Of a DNA stretch of 61,064 bases, positions 27,044 to 36,912 are shown one piece after another. Under the pieces are notes generated by a model that saw only the letters and a list, made by a program, of their open reading frames with translations, had not been told where the DNA came from and did not search any database. Each line of letters starts with the position of its first letter. Position 1 is the stretch's first letter. The translations under genes and the position numbers were made by a program. Source of the DNA: an uncultured Halobacteria archaeon (GTDB taxonomy: Archaea > Halobacteriota > Syntropharchaeia > Alkanophagales > Methanospirareceae); the NCBI GenBank assembly GCA_964400255.1, contig CAYNTR010000001.1, positions 1 through 61,064 on the forward strand, in the 5' to 3' direction.

Positions 27044-28816
27044 ATGCGAATAGCGATCGTGAAGAAGGACAAGTGCCAACCGAAGAAGTGTATGTACGAA
27101 TGCATCAAATACTGCCCGATGGTGCGTACCGGTGAGGAGACAGTCATTGTAGGTGATGATAGCAAGCCCGTTATTTCAGAGGAATTATGCGAGGGCTGTG
27201 GGATATGCATCAAGAAATGTCCTTTTACCGCTATTTCTATTATCGGCTTGCCGGAGGAGCTGGCGGGTGAGGAGACGCACCGCTATGGTGAAAATGGTTT
27301 TGTTTTGTATGGCATGCCGATTCCCAAAGCCGGTAAGGTTACCGGTCTGTTAGGCCAGAACGGGATTGGGAAGAGCACTGCGATCAAAATTTTGTCACGG
27401 CTCCAAGTTCCGAACCTCGGGAACGTTGATCGCGAGGTGCGGTGGGATGAGATCATCAAGCGGTATGCAGGTTCAGAGTTACAGAATTACTTCGATAAAT
27501 TGTCAAAAGAAAAAATCAAGGTTTCATATAAGCCGCAATATGTCGATGCGATACCAAAATTCTTCGATGGTACGGTCTCTGAGCTATTAGAGAGGACGGA
27601 CGAGACCGGCGAATCAGAGGGGCTTGTAACGGCTTTTGAGCTCGGAAAGGCGCTGAAGACAGATATCAAGGCGCTCAGTGGTGGTGAATTACAACGGGTT
27701 GCGATCTTAGCGTGTCTGATACACGATGCTGATTTTTACTTCCTGGATGAAATAACGCCGTATCTGGATATTTACCAACGTGTTCAAGTGGCAAAGGGGA
27801 TCCGGACGGTTCTAACAGAAAAAGCGGTGGTTGTGGTGGAGCACGATCTCGCTATTCTGGACATGGTTGCGGATTATGTGCATCTTCTCTACGGCAACCC
27901 GGGGGAGTATGGTGTGGTGACCCTGCCCAAGAGCACGAGTAGAGGGATAAACGAATATTTGAGTGGATTCCTGCAGGCGGAGAACGTGCGAATACGCGAT
28001 AAGCCGATCGAGTTCACCGCGCATCCACCACGTGAGAAACTTGAAGCGCGTAACGTTTTCATCGAGTATGGTGGATTTGAGAAGCGCTACGGTGAGGGCG
28101 GGTTTATCTTGGAAGCAAAACCTGGCAGTATAGAGGAAGCGGAGGTGTTAGGTGGTGTTGGGCGCAACGCGATCGGTAAAAGTACATTCGTAAAGGTTTT
28201 GGTAGGTGAGACAGAGCCGACAACCGGTGAAATATCGTTTGCGATTACCGCTTCGTACAAGCCGCAGTATATAAAGGCCGCGTTGGATATGAAGGTCAAG
28301 GATTTCATCTATTCGCTCAAAGAGGGTGGACTAACCGATGCCGATATCATTGAGGTGGTGCGACCGTTGGGCATACCGGAGATAGAGGAAAAGAACATCA
28401 ATGATCTCAGTGGTGGTGAATTACAAAACGTCGCGATAGCAGCATGTTTGTGCCAGGATGCCTCGTTCTACGTGCTGGATGAGCCGTCGGCGCATCTTGA
28501 TGTGGAGCAGAAGGTGCGATTGATCAAGACGTTACGGCGGTATGCAGAACGGCGGGAGGTACCAATGCTGATTGTGGATCATGACATCTATCTGGTGGAT
28601 CTGGTTAGTGATCGCTTGATGGTATTTGACGGCACGCCAGGTGTGCGGGGCGAGATAAAAGGCTCTTTTGAGATGCGTGAGGGCATGAATATGTTCTTGA
28701 AGGATTTAGGTGTAACCTTCAGACGAGATGAAAGCACGCTCCGGCCGCGTATCAATAAGATCGGCTCGGCAAAAGATCGAGAGCAGAAGGCGAAAGGGAA
28801 GTATTATTATTTGTGA
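27044..28816 (+). CDS. abce1: ABCE1 / RNase L inhibitor homologue (ribosome recycling factor)
   Basis: N-terminal Fe-S domain (CQPKKCMYECIKYCP, CEGCGICIKKCP) followed by twin ABC cassettes (GQNGIGKST, LSGGELQ twice). Confidence 0.95.
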   Translation: MRIAIVKKDKCQPKKCMYECIKYCPMVRTGEETVIVGDDSKPVISEELCEGCGICIKKCPFTAISIIGLPEELAGEETHRYGENGFVLYGMPIPKAGKVTGLLGQNGIGKSTAIKILSRLQVPNLGNVDREVRWDEIIKRYAGSELQNYFDKLSKEKIKVSYKPQYVDAIPKFFDGTVSELLERTDETGESEGLVTAFELGKALKTDIKALSGGELQRVAILACLIHDADFYFLDEITPYLDIYQRVQVAKGIRTVLTEKAVVVVEHDLAILDMVADYVHLLYGNPGEYGVVTLPKSTSRGINEYLSGFLQAENVRIRDKPIEFTAHPPREKLEARNVFIEYGGFEKRYGEGGFILEAKPGSIEEAEVLGGVGRNAIGKSTFVKVLVGETEPTTGEISFAITASYKPQYIKAALDMKVKDFIYSLKEGGLTDADIIEVVRPLGIPEIEEKNINDLSGGELQNVAIAACLCQDASFYVLDEPSAHLDVEQKVRLIKTLRRYAERREVPMLIVDHDIYLVDLVSDRLMVFDGTPGVRGEIKGSFEMREGMNMFLKDLGVTFRRDESTLRPRINKIGSAKDREQKAKGKYYYL

Positions 28817-28835
28817 GCTTGAGGAGTCAGAACTG

Positions 28836-29099
28836 CTAGTACGCGTGCTCACGATGGTCAATCCAGTTGAGATAAACCACCTTCTCGCTTTCGTTAGGTG
28901 TAAATATAAGTCGGTATCTCTTTGTTATTCGTGTTGATTTCTTACCGTGTAGTTCTCCCGAAAGCCAACCGCCGATGTGTAACGGATCTTCTTGTAACCG
29001 TTTAATTTTCTTATCGAGTTCTTCGAGGGCTTGCTTGTTCTTTTGGATGGATTTTAGAGAGGACAAAAACGTATTTGTTCGTTTTACTATCCAGGTCAT
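28836..29099 (-). CDS. relE: RelE/ParE-superfamily toxin (second copy, unrelated in sequence to the first)
   Basis: 87 aa. The LQEDP..G..L.G.L.G, RITKRYRLIF and VVYLNWIDHREHAY layout fits RelE/YoeB. Confidence 0.7.
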   Translation of the reverse strand: MTWIVKRTNTFLSSLKSIQKNKQALEELDKKIKRLQEDPLHIGGWLSGELHGKKSTRITKRYRLIFTPNESEKVVYLNWIDHREHAY

Positions 29100-29174
29100 G
29101 CCTTTAGTTAGTGATCTTGCAGAAGACTTAATAAACCTCTCAGGAATTCTTCCCCACTTTACACCTACGAATGC

Positions 29175-29390
29175 TCAAAGCTCTGCAAGCAAATCCTTGA
29201 CAGACGTAACTTCCTTAACCCTGCCAGCTTTGATATCCTGGTCACTTTTGCGAAGTGCTTCCATCGTTTTGGGATTGCTCAGAATTTCAACTGAATCCAC
29301 AAGTGCGTCGAGATCCTCTCGAGTAACCATCTTCTCTTCAATTCTCTTCAGTGCTTCGTAAACCTCTTGAATTGTTACCGATCCAGTCAT
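29175..29390 (-). CDS. Putative antitoxin
   Basis: 71-aa ORF upstream of the toxin. ALRKSDQDIKAGRVKEV resembles the C-terminal region of Phd/YefM-RelB-type antitoxins. Confidence 0.55.
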   Translation of the reverse strand: MTGSVTIQEVYEALKRIEEKMVTREDLDALVDSVEILSNPKTMEALRKSDQDIKAGRVKEVTSVKDLLAEL

Positions 29391-29462
29391 ACTTTTCCTT
29401 TAGTTTCAGGACTATATAACTATTTTGGTTTGTATTGCACATAACTTTTCGCAGGCAGAATC

Positions 29463-30374
29463 CTAAAGTTCTAAGCCCAATCGACTCGCGAGTATCAAAT
29501 AAAACCCAGCCAGGCCTTTCCAGCGTCCCCACTTTTCGGCGATTTTGCGTGCCTCGACGCTGGAGATTTTGAGATCGTTACAGTAGTAATGCGCGATGTG
29601 GCGTCGTAGGCCGAGGTCATCCGCTGGGAATGCCTCTAATTTATGCATGCCGCGGAGCATCGTGAGCTCTGCCGTCCATACTCCGATGCCGCGCACTTTA
29701 CAGAGTTCCTTGATAATCGCCTCCGCGTCCTCATAGGTTTTGAAATGCTCTAAATCCAGCTCGCCTTTAACAATAGCAGTAGCAATACCGTGGATATACT
29801 CTGCCTTTCGCATACTCAAGCCGCAGTTACGGAGTTGCTCAACCGTTCCGTGAGCGATGTTTTGGGGTGTCGGAAATGCGTAATATACTTTCTCATCCAG
29901 TTCCAGCGTAGCACCAAACGTTTTGATCACGTTTCGTTCTAACACATGTGCCACATTGAGCGAGATCTGCTGTTCTATTATTGAATCGACCAACGCTTCG
30001 AAGACCATCGGTGTTGTCGGACTTTTTAACCCCTTTAATTGCCGAGTCAAGGTTGACATAATCGTATCGTTTTTGACCTCCTCGTAGAACGCAGTAAGGT
30101 CACAGGTTAAATTGAAAAGGGAAGAGACTATTTCTTCAGCGCGTTTTTGGTCGTTCGTAGAAAGTTCAGCGTTTGATTTTAATTCAACTTCTAATTTCGG
30201 GTTGTCTATCCTTCCTGATGAGGTGATCGTAACAAGTACTAATTTCTCGTTCAGGCGCAGAACCTGCCAGTACTTGCCATGTTCATAAGTACGAATGTGG
30301 GGATCACCACCAGCAAAAATCCTAGCACTTAAATGGAAATCAAACGGTGAAACAGGTGTTATCGTGAGGTTCAT
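29463..30374 (-). CDS. alkA: DNA-3-methyladenine glycosylase II (AlkA, HhH-GPD)
   Basis: AlkA-like N-terminal domain and an HhH-GPD core (VRGIGVWTAELTMLRGM...FPADDLGLRR). Confidence 0.8.
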   Translation of the reverse strand: MNLTITPVSPFDFHLSARIFAGGDPHIRTYEHGKYWQVLRLNEKLVLVTITSSGRIDNPKLEVELKSNAELSTNDQKRAEEIVSSLFNLTCDLTAFYEEVKNDTIMSTLTRQLKGLKSPTTPMVFEALVDSIIEQQISLNVAHVLERNVIKTFGATLELDEKVYYAFPTPQNIAHGTVEQLRNCGLSMRKAEYIHGIATAIVKGELDLEHFKTYEDAEAIIKELCKVRGIGVWTAELTMLRGMHKLEAFPADDLGLRRHIAHYYCNDLKISSVEARKIAEKWGRWKGLAGFYLILASRLGLEL

Positions 30375-30408
30375 AGCTCAGTACTAGCCTTAAAGTGGTA
30401 TAAATGTT

Positions 30409-31068
30409 TTATAACAACCCTTTCTCTTTCATGCTCAAATATCCCTTCTTCGAGACAATAAGATGATCCAATACCTTGATACCTAAAACCGATCCTGCCT
30501 CGACGAGTTGTTTTGTCATGAGAATATCTTGCTTGCTCGGTTCCAAAATGCCAGAAGGATGGTTATGCACGAGAATAACAGAAGCCGCTCGATCTGTAAT
30601 AGGATCAGCGAAAACCTCTCGTGGATGAACAAGGTTATGATCAAGTAATCCAACCGTTATTATTCTGTTGCCAACAATCTCGCCCGCTCCGTTTAACGAA
30701 ATACAAACAAAATATTCTTGCTTTTTATCCGCTATATTGGATACAAGCGGTATAACATCTGTCGGCGAAGTGATCTTTACAGCTTCTTTTATGAGATATC
30801 GACGTGCAAGTTCAAAGCTTGCCATTATTTGACACGCTTTTGCCGATCCTACGCCTTCGATTTTCTGGAGATTTTCATAAGTGAGTTGTGCGAGGTCGTT
30901 CTTCAGGGTTTTAGAGATTTCTCTGGCTATTTGAAAAGCATCCATTCCCGGAACTCCCTTTCCGATGATAATTGCGATTAATTCAATGTCGGAAAGCGCT
31001 TCAGGGCCTTTGCTAATGAGTTTTTCCCGTGGGCGGTCAAAATCAGGCAGTTCTTTGATTCGTTTCAT
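30409..31068 (-). CDS. radC: RadC-like JAB/MPN domain protein
   Basis: ELPDFDRPREKL...SDIELIAIIIGKG, an HhH (IEGVGSAKA), and the JAMM motif HNHPSG....PS..D. The ATG at 31068 lies 1 nt after the hsdR stop. Confidence 0.85.
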   Translation of the reverse strand: MKRIKELPDFDRPREKLISKGPEALSDIELIAIIIGKGVPGMDAFQIAREISKTLKNDLAQLTYENLQKIEGVGSAKACQIMASFELARRYLIKEAVKITSPTDVIPLVSNIADKKQEYFVCISLNGAGEIVGNRIITVGLLDHNLVHPREVFADPITDRAASVILVHNHPSGILEPSKQDILMTKQLVEAGSVLGIKVLDHLIVSKKGYLSMKEKGLL

Positions 31069-31069
31069 C

Positions 31070-34000
31070 TTATCCAACTCCAACCGGAAATGAGAGCTCA
31101 GCAGATACAGGAACATAATCCTGATAGAGGTTGATTGCTTGCTCCATTATGGTGCTCACCATTGGGTCGTAGATCTCAGGCGTGAACCCTTCCCGTTTGA
31201 GCAAGCGCTTGACACTCGCGCGTATTTTGCTTTTGACATTCTCATGGTCCGTCCAATCAATGCTCAAGTTGCTTTTGATCGTGACCACTAATTTCTTAGC
31301 TAACTCCAGAAGCTGTTCATCTGATTTGATATGTTCTCTTCCTTGGGCGACGGCATCGTAGAATGCGATTTCTTCATCAGTCAGACCGAGTTGTTCACCA
31401 CGATGTTCCACGGTTCGAAGATCTCGTGCCATGTCAACCAACCGTTCAATCACTTCGGCAGATTCTATTGTGCGGTTCTGATACCTCTTGATCGTATTTT
31501 CCAGCATCTCCTTGAACGAGCGGTAAGTTACGACGTTCTTTTTCATTTTCCCGGTTATCTCATCATTGATTAGTTTCTTAAGCACTTCGACCTGCAAATT
31601 CTTGTGCTCGATCTTCTGGATGTCATTCAGGAACTCGTCACTGAGAATGGAAATTTCTGGGCGGTCCCTTTCTCGGAATCCGAATATATCCACGACTTCA
31701 TCTGAGGAGACGCCTTCGGAGACGAGTTGTTTGATTGCTGTCTCGACATCTTCGGATGCGTCCCTTACAGAAGGTGTGTATTTTCGTATACTTCTGCGGA
31801 CGCTCTGAAAGAAGAGCACATCGTCACGAATATCAGTAGCCTCCTTATGGGGGCTGACCAGCGCAAAAGCCTTTGACAAAGCGGTGCACTGCCTGAGGAA
31901 GCTGTCTTTTGTTTCATCGTCCGTGGTTACCGCATTGTGAGCTCGTTGAATGAGATAGGTTAACTCTACGGGCGCTAACCGCCGCCAGTTTGCATATTCG
32001 ATGCCGTGGAAGAACGAACACACGATATCGTATTTCTCTTGTAAGACGGTAATTGCGTCCTCAATGGCGATCATGGAATCGTGCCGTACTTCATCGCTGT
32101 AGACTCTGAGTGACTTCTTGAGGTCGTCGGCGATACCAATGTAGTCCACGATGAGACCACCTGGTTTATCTTTGAAGACGCGGTTCACTCTCGCAATCGC
32201 TTGCATGAGGTTGTGATCACGCATTGGCTTATCGACATACATGGTGTGAAGGCATGGCGCATCGAAGCCGGTCAGCCACATGTCACGAACAATGACAAAC
32301 TTCAGCGGATCGTTCGGGTCTTTGAACCGTGCTTTGACATCTTCCTGTTCCTGTTTGGTCATCCTCGGCAACCCGAAATCCTCTGGCCGGGTTATGACCA
32401 CAGCAGTCTCGGGCGCCTCGGGGATTTGTCCGAGTAATTCGTACATTTTAACGGCGATGCGTCGACTCATGCAGACGATCATTGCTTTACCTTTGAGTTC
32501 TCGTTGATTGAAGTGCTCAACGATATCCTGAGCAATTTGTTTCACCCGAGTTTCAGTGCCGACGACAGCTTCAAGACGTGCCCATTTGGATTTCAGCTTC
32601 TCTTTGATGATCTCTTCTTCTCGTTCGGTAATCTCCTCGAATTCTTCGTCGATGAATTCATTGGTGAGGCGGACTTTAGCCAGCCGGCCTTCGTAATAGA
32701 TCGGAACCGTGTTTCCGTCTTCCCTTGATTGCCGCATCATATAAACGCTGATATAGTCCCCGAACGTCACCCGCGTTGAACGGTCTTCAAGTTCTATGGG
32801 CGTGCCGGTAAATCCGATGAATGACGCGTTAGGGAGCGCATCCCGAACGTTCCCGGCGAGTAACCGATATTGGGAGCGGTGCGCCTCGTCCGCAATGACG
32901 ATGATGTTCTTTCGCTCAGAGAGCAAGGGATATTTCTCGCCATTCTTGGTCTGGAACTTCTGGATCGTCGTGAAGATGATGCCGCCTGCAGGGATATTGA
33001 GCTTCTGCTTGAGATCCTCGATGTCTTCAGCCTGTTTCGGGTAGGGTATCAAATCCATCGCCTTAGCGAAGTTATCTTTGTATATTTGGTTATCTAAATC
33101 GTTTCGATCGGTCAGAACGAGAATAGTAGGATTCTCAAGCGCGGGGTGTTTAATGATTTTGGCGGTGAAGAAGACCATGGAGAGCGATTTCCCGCTGCCC
33201 TGCGTGTGCCAGATAACCCCGATCTTGCGGTCGCCTTCTTCTGCCGTTGCTCGCAATGTCTCCTGCATCGCACGATTGACGCCGTGATACTGATGGTACA
33301 TGGCCATCTTCTTAACGACGGTGTCGCGATGCGTTTCAAAGAGAATGAAGTTCTGGATGATGTCCAGCAAGCGCGATTTCTCGAAGATGCCTTTGATCAT
33401 GACCTCTAATTCGGGCCTACTGTCGGGCGGTTCCATACCATTCTCAATCACACGCCAGGGGGTGTACCAATCCCAGTCAGCTGTAAGTGTCCCGTGCCGT
33501 GCCTCCTTAACGTCGCTGGCGACGAGAATTTCATTGTAGTGATAGAGCTGCGGGATTTCGCTCTTGTAGACTTTGATGTTCTTGGTAAACGCTTCCTTTG
33601 CCCGCTCATAGCCTACCGGATTCTTCACTTCAATATCCACCAGTGGCAGGCCATTGACAAAAATCAAGACATCAGGCCGGCGATTATGCTCTCCATCAAC
33701 AACGGTGAACTGGTTCACCACGAAGAAATCGTTATTCTCTGGATTCTCGAAGTCAAAGACCCGTGCGAGATCGCCTCTTCGCTCTCCCTCCGGTGTGGTT
33801 ATTTCCACCTTAACGCCGTTGACCGCCATCACATGAAAGCGGTGATTATTGACGTACAGATTCGGCGAATCGAGTGTGAGGAGCTGGTGCATGGCATCCT
33901 CAACGGCATCGTCAGGCAAGTGCGGGTTCAGCCTCTCCAGAGCGGCTCGCAGCCTCCGTTTGAGCACAACGTCACTGTACGAATCCCGTTCCGGGAAGAG

Positions 34001-34111
34001 CCCGCCGGGACTGATGTCCGGTCCGAAGGCTACCTCGTAATCCAGCTCTTGGAACCATGCGAGTGCCGGTTGCTCCGCAAGAACATCCTCAGAAAGCGTT
34101 GCTGAGGTCAT
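31070..34111 (-). CDS. hsdR: Type I restriction enzyme R subunit
   Basis: N-terminal PD-(D/E)xK (PDVLIFVNGLPLVDIEVK), an SF2 helicase (QGSGKS, ADEAHRSQ) and a C-terminal DUF3387-like region. Confidence 0.95.
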   Translation of the reverse strand: MTSATLSEDVLAEQPALAWFQELDYEVAFGPDISPGGLFPERDSYSDVVLKRRLRAALERLNPHLPDDAVEDAMHQLLTLDSPNLYVNNHRFHVMAVNGVKVEITTPEGERRGDLARVFDFENPENNDFFVVNQFTVVDGEHNRRPDVLIFVNGLPLVDIEVKNPVGYERAKEAFTKNIKVYKSEIPQLYHYNEILVASDVKEARHGTLTADWDWYTPWRVIENGMEPPDSRPELEVMIKGIFEKSRLLDIIQNFILFETHRDTVVKKMAMYHQYHGVNRAMQETLRATAEEGDRKIGVIWHTQGSGKSLSMVFFTAKIIKHPALENPTILVLTDRNDLDNQIYKDNFAKAMDLIPYPKQAEDIEDLKQKLNIPAGGIIFTTIQKFQTKNGEKYPLLSERKNIIVIADEAHRSQYRLLAGNVRDALPNASFIGFTGTPIELEDRSTRVTFGDYISVYMMRQSREDGNTVPIYYEGRLAKVRLTNEFIDEEFEEITEREEEIIKEKLKSKWARLEAVVGTETRVKQIAQDIVEHFNQRELKGKAMIVCMSRRIAVKMYELLGQIPEAPETAVVITRPEDFGLPRMTKQEQEDVKARFKDPNDPLKFVIVRDMWLTGFDAPCLHTMYVDKPMRDHNLMQAIARVNRVFKDKPGGLIVDYIGIADDLKKSLRVYSDEVRHDSMIAIEDAITVLQEKYDIVCSFFHGIEYANWRRLAPVELTYLIQRAHNAVTTDDETKDSFLRQCTALSKAFALVSPHKEATDIRDDVLFFQSVRRSIRKYTPSVRDASEDVETAIKQLVSEGVSSDEVVDIFGFRERDRPEISILSDEFLNDIQKIEHKNLQVEVLKKLINDEITGKMKKNVVTYRSFKEMLENTIKRYQNRTIESAEVIERLVDMARDLRTVEHRGEQLGLTDEEIAFYDAVAQGREHIKSDEQLLELAKKLVVTIKSNLSIDWTDHENVKSKIRASVKRLLKREGFTPEIYDPMVSTIMEQAINLYQDYVPVSAELSFPVGVG

Positions 34112-35175
34112 GTTTTATTCTTTTCTCGATATAGCTTCCAGATTTCATCCAAGGACTTTTCTTTAAGGGTGTCTTTAATCGCTCTTATTGCTTCTCGTGA
34201 ATATTTGTAGTATTTGGATTTACCAATGGGAATCGCCTTGCAATAAGTTTCATTATCTTTCAGCTTCAAGTACCAAATTAAAGCATCTGTCTTTCTCTTT
34301 GACAATCCTACCGCTTCTGCCAGTTGATCTCTTCCCATCGTATAGTAACTCAGCTCTTTTACCTTTCTTATTCCCACGACCATCGCTCCTGGCGTTCCCT
34401 CAGGAACCACCTGTATTGGAATTCCGTCCTTCTTGGTAAAACGAAGATTGAGCGATAGCCCTGAGCCTTCAGTGGTCATGTTTAGAGAGGCAACCCCCGG
34501 GAAGATCGTTTGCCAATCGATTCCGCCCGCTATCTTCGTCAATTTTTTCCGCAGTTTTGCATCAGTTACCGGAACATGCTCCCCACTGATAGCGCTTTCC
34601 ATTATATCTAACGCTCGTAATCTAGCTAAGGCTAATGACTTTTTCCGGCTACCCGGCATGAGCATTGCCTTGATGTGCTCTATTTCATTCTCGAACAAAA
34701 CATCAATATCCTTGGGCGGAACGGTAGAAATGGGAAGAACTCGTTGTGGCATAAATTCTGAGAGATCTTTACCAAAAACGGTTTTTAAAATGTCTTTAAA
34801 GAGTGTCACGCCCCCTTGCATAAGCAGATAATGCTGATCCTCAGGGATATCAATGAAATAATGCTGTTCAGCATCTCTCATGCTGTTGATCATCTGAAGC
34901 GTCAACGCTTGCTCATCGGTTAAAAATCTCACGTTACCCGCACCAATAGCCAGTCGTACACATTTATCAAATCCAACCGTCTGTTTAGACTCTTTATCGT
35001 AAATTTTTGCCCTTCTCTGTAAAAGAGTGGCCTTGAGGAGCATCTCAAACGCATGGTCAAGTAATATCAAAGAAGCATGGATTCTCCCTCTATCAAAGGG
35101 TCGGTTAAAAAATTCAATGCTGAGCAGCAAAGAATCGGTGGCTTTGCTCAGCAGGATCTTAACTATTCTCTTCAT
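34108..35175 (-). CDS. DUF3644-like protein embedded between hsdS and hsdR
   Basis: SLLLSIEFFNRPFDRGRIHASLILLDHAFEMLLKA resembles the DUF3644 N-terminal signature, with a C-terminal HTH-like region. The ATG at 35175 gives the shortest overlap with hsdS; ATGs at 35199 and 35244 are also possible. Confidence 0.45.
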   Translation of the reverse strand: MKRIVKILLSKATDSLLLSIEFFNRPFDRGRIHASLILLDHAFEMLLKATLLQRRAKIYDKESKQTVGFDKCVRLAIGAGNVRFLTDEQALTLQMINSMRDAEQHYFIDIPEDQHYLLMQGGVTLFKDILKTVFGKDLSEFMPQRVLPISTVPPKDIDVLFENEIEHIKAMLMPGSRKKSLALARLRALDIMESAISGEHVPVTDAKLRKKLTKIAGGIDWQTIFPGVASLNMTTEGSGLSLNLRFTKKDGIPIQVVPEGTPGAMVVGIRKVKELSYYTMGRDQLAEAVGLSKRKTDALIWYLKLKDNETYCKAIPIGKSKYYKYSREAIRAIKDTLKEKSLDEIWKLYREKNKT

Positions 35176-36424
35176 TCTTTGCTCCCGTTTTATCACCATT
35201 ATTCCCTCGTATTTGACCCGAAAGAAGTTTCGGGAGGAGTGCATCTCTGAGATTCACTAATTGACGAGATTCTATATTGTTATTTATGAAAGTCTCTATC
35301 AAGGGATTCATTAGTTCATTCATTTTTTCAATGATTTCTTTTGGGGGTATTAATACATAGGTCTCAGATAAATGATGACGTTGAATATGACCCATTGTTG
35401 TAGCCTTTCCTTTGGCAATATGCCGAAATATAGGCAAATAAAATTTAATCCATTGATAATAGAACCATTTAGGGTAAGTTTGAGATGTAACTTTAAATAG
35501 ATGTTGATTTAGCGCACCTTTACCACCGCACCAGATACAAACTTCAAGGCTACCTGACCATGAAAAAAGAATATCGCCATCATCAACAATATATCGTTTA
35601 TCAATGTCTGGACTCGCTTTATCACTCGATTCTGTTATACCTTGCCGAAGTTCCCTTATCTTGATCCCAGGCAAATAGTTTTCATCTTTTGGTGGGTATT
35701 TCTGTAGGGCTAAACCGTTTAAGAAATTTGCTATCTCATCAATTGGTTTCGCCACCCACCCCTTCGGAATCTTCTTTCCCAGCTCCTCAGAATAGACCAT
35801 CTCGCCGCCGCTTGACTTATACGGCTGCCCCTGCCCGTTCGGGAACTCGAAGTCCACGAACCAGTGTTTGAAGATCGCCTGCGCCATCGCCTCCAGCGTT
35901 CTGTTCATCGCATGGTTGAGCTCGATCTTGTCGTCTAAGGCAGATAAAATAGAGGCGATCTTTTGCTGCTCGGGGAGGGGTGGAAGAACAATCTTTAAAT
36001 CGTCAAACGTCTTTTTTGTAATCGTATCAAATACCGTCCCATAAGAGAGGGAGTTTATCTTTTCCATCAGAGTTTTAAGTTTATAGAACAGGAACAGGGG
36101 ATATACACCTTCTTTTGCTATTAGACCATAACACGTTTGATTAAATGCCATTGAATAGGGTAATAGACAAGTCTTTCCAACGGTCCCTCGAGATGTAATT
36201 ACAATTGTATTTCGTGGCAATAATTTTGTGGCACTGTTTTCCAACCCTTCTTGAGTTATTGTTTTTTCAGTTTCATAAATGTATCTGCCATTACAATTTG
36301 CTATGTCCTTAGCACTAGCCCACTTTATATTTCCACCCCAATATTCTGGTTTATTTGTTTTTGGCGTTCCGCCTATCACAATATCAGCAATCTCAGAAAT
36401 AGCGAGCTCTTGTTCAGAACCCAT
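35159..36424 (-). CDS. hsdS: Type I R-M specificity subunit
   Basis: Two target-recognition domains, each beginning GGTPKT-like or ending FP.., separated by conserved coiled regions (LPPLPEQQKIASILSALDDKIELN). Confidence 0.9.
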   Translation of the reverse strand: MGSEQELAISEIADIVIGGTPKTNKPEYWGGNIKWASAKDIANCNGRYIYETEKTITQEGLENSATKLLPRNTIVITSRGTVGKTCLLPYSMAFNQTCYGLIAKEGVYPLFLFYKLKTLMEKINSLSYGTVFDTITKKTFDDLKIVLPPLPEQQKIASILSALDDKIELNHAMNRTLEAMAQAIFKHWFVDFEFPNGQGQPYKSSGGEMVYSEELGKKIPKGWVAKPIDEIANFLNGLALQKYPPKDENYLPGIKIRELRQGITESSDKASPDIDKRYIVDDGDILFSWSGSLEVCIWCGGKGALNQHLFKVTSQTYPKWFYYQWIKFYLPIFRHIAKGKATTMGHIQRHHLSETYVLIPPKEIIEKMNELMNPLIETFINNNIESRQLVNLRDALLPKLLSGQIRGNNGDKTGAKNEENS

Positions 36425-36440
36425 ACTCCAGCTCCTCCAT
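36415..36440. repeat. Junction repeat D (remnant ..MEELEYGF* fused to the hsdS start MGSE)
   Basis: CAGAACCCATACTCCAGCTCCTCCAT matches the hsdM/AlbA_2 junction at 22 of 23 nt. Confidence 0.85.
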
Positions 36441-36498
36441 TACTATCATCTCAACTAAAACCATCTTTAAGCCTTTTATGCCTTCAAAGAGAGAGTTC

Positions 36499-36912
36499 CT
36501 AATCAAACTGCACACCTCCTTTCATAATCATAGAATCATCAACATAACGGAAAGATTGCGGCGGCACGAAATCTGGTTTTAATTCTTCAGGATCAACAAA
36601 ATGCTTAAAAATATGAAGAGATTGAATTTCAATTGCAAAACCTTCCTTATATCCGTTAAAATAGCTAAAGAAATCATCCTCGTTAATCCCTGACACATCT
36701 TTATATTTCTTCCACAGTACTTCAGGGGCTTCTTTTACGACTTCACCAATTTTAAAATAGCCGACAACCTTTTTTTGAGGAGAAGCGGAATAGATAAATA
36801 CTTTAGCTATGTCCCGGTGCTTCTTAAATATAGTCTTCCTGAACTCATATCTCTTATTGCCATTCATTATCTCTTTTACGTAGATTGGCTTAATCGAAAG
36901 TAAAATGTCCAT
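36499..36912 (-). CDS. ASCH (PUA-like) domain protein
   Basis: ILLSIKPIYVKEIMNGNKRYEFRK......VFIYSASPQKKVVGYFKIGEV..APEVLW is the canonical ASCH pattern. Its start overlaps the upstream ORF by 23 nt. Confidence 0.75.
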   Translation of the reverse strand: MDILLSIKPIYVKEIMNGNKRYEFRKTIFKKHRDIAKVFIYSASPQKKVVGYFKIGEVVKEAPEVLWKKYKDVSGINEDDFFSYFNGYKEGFAIEIQSLHIFKHFVDPEELKPDFVPPQSFRYVDDSMIMKGGVQFD

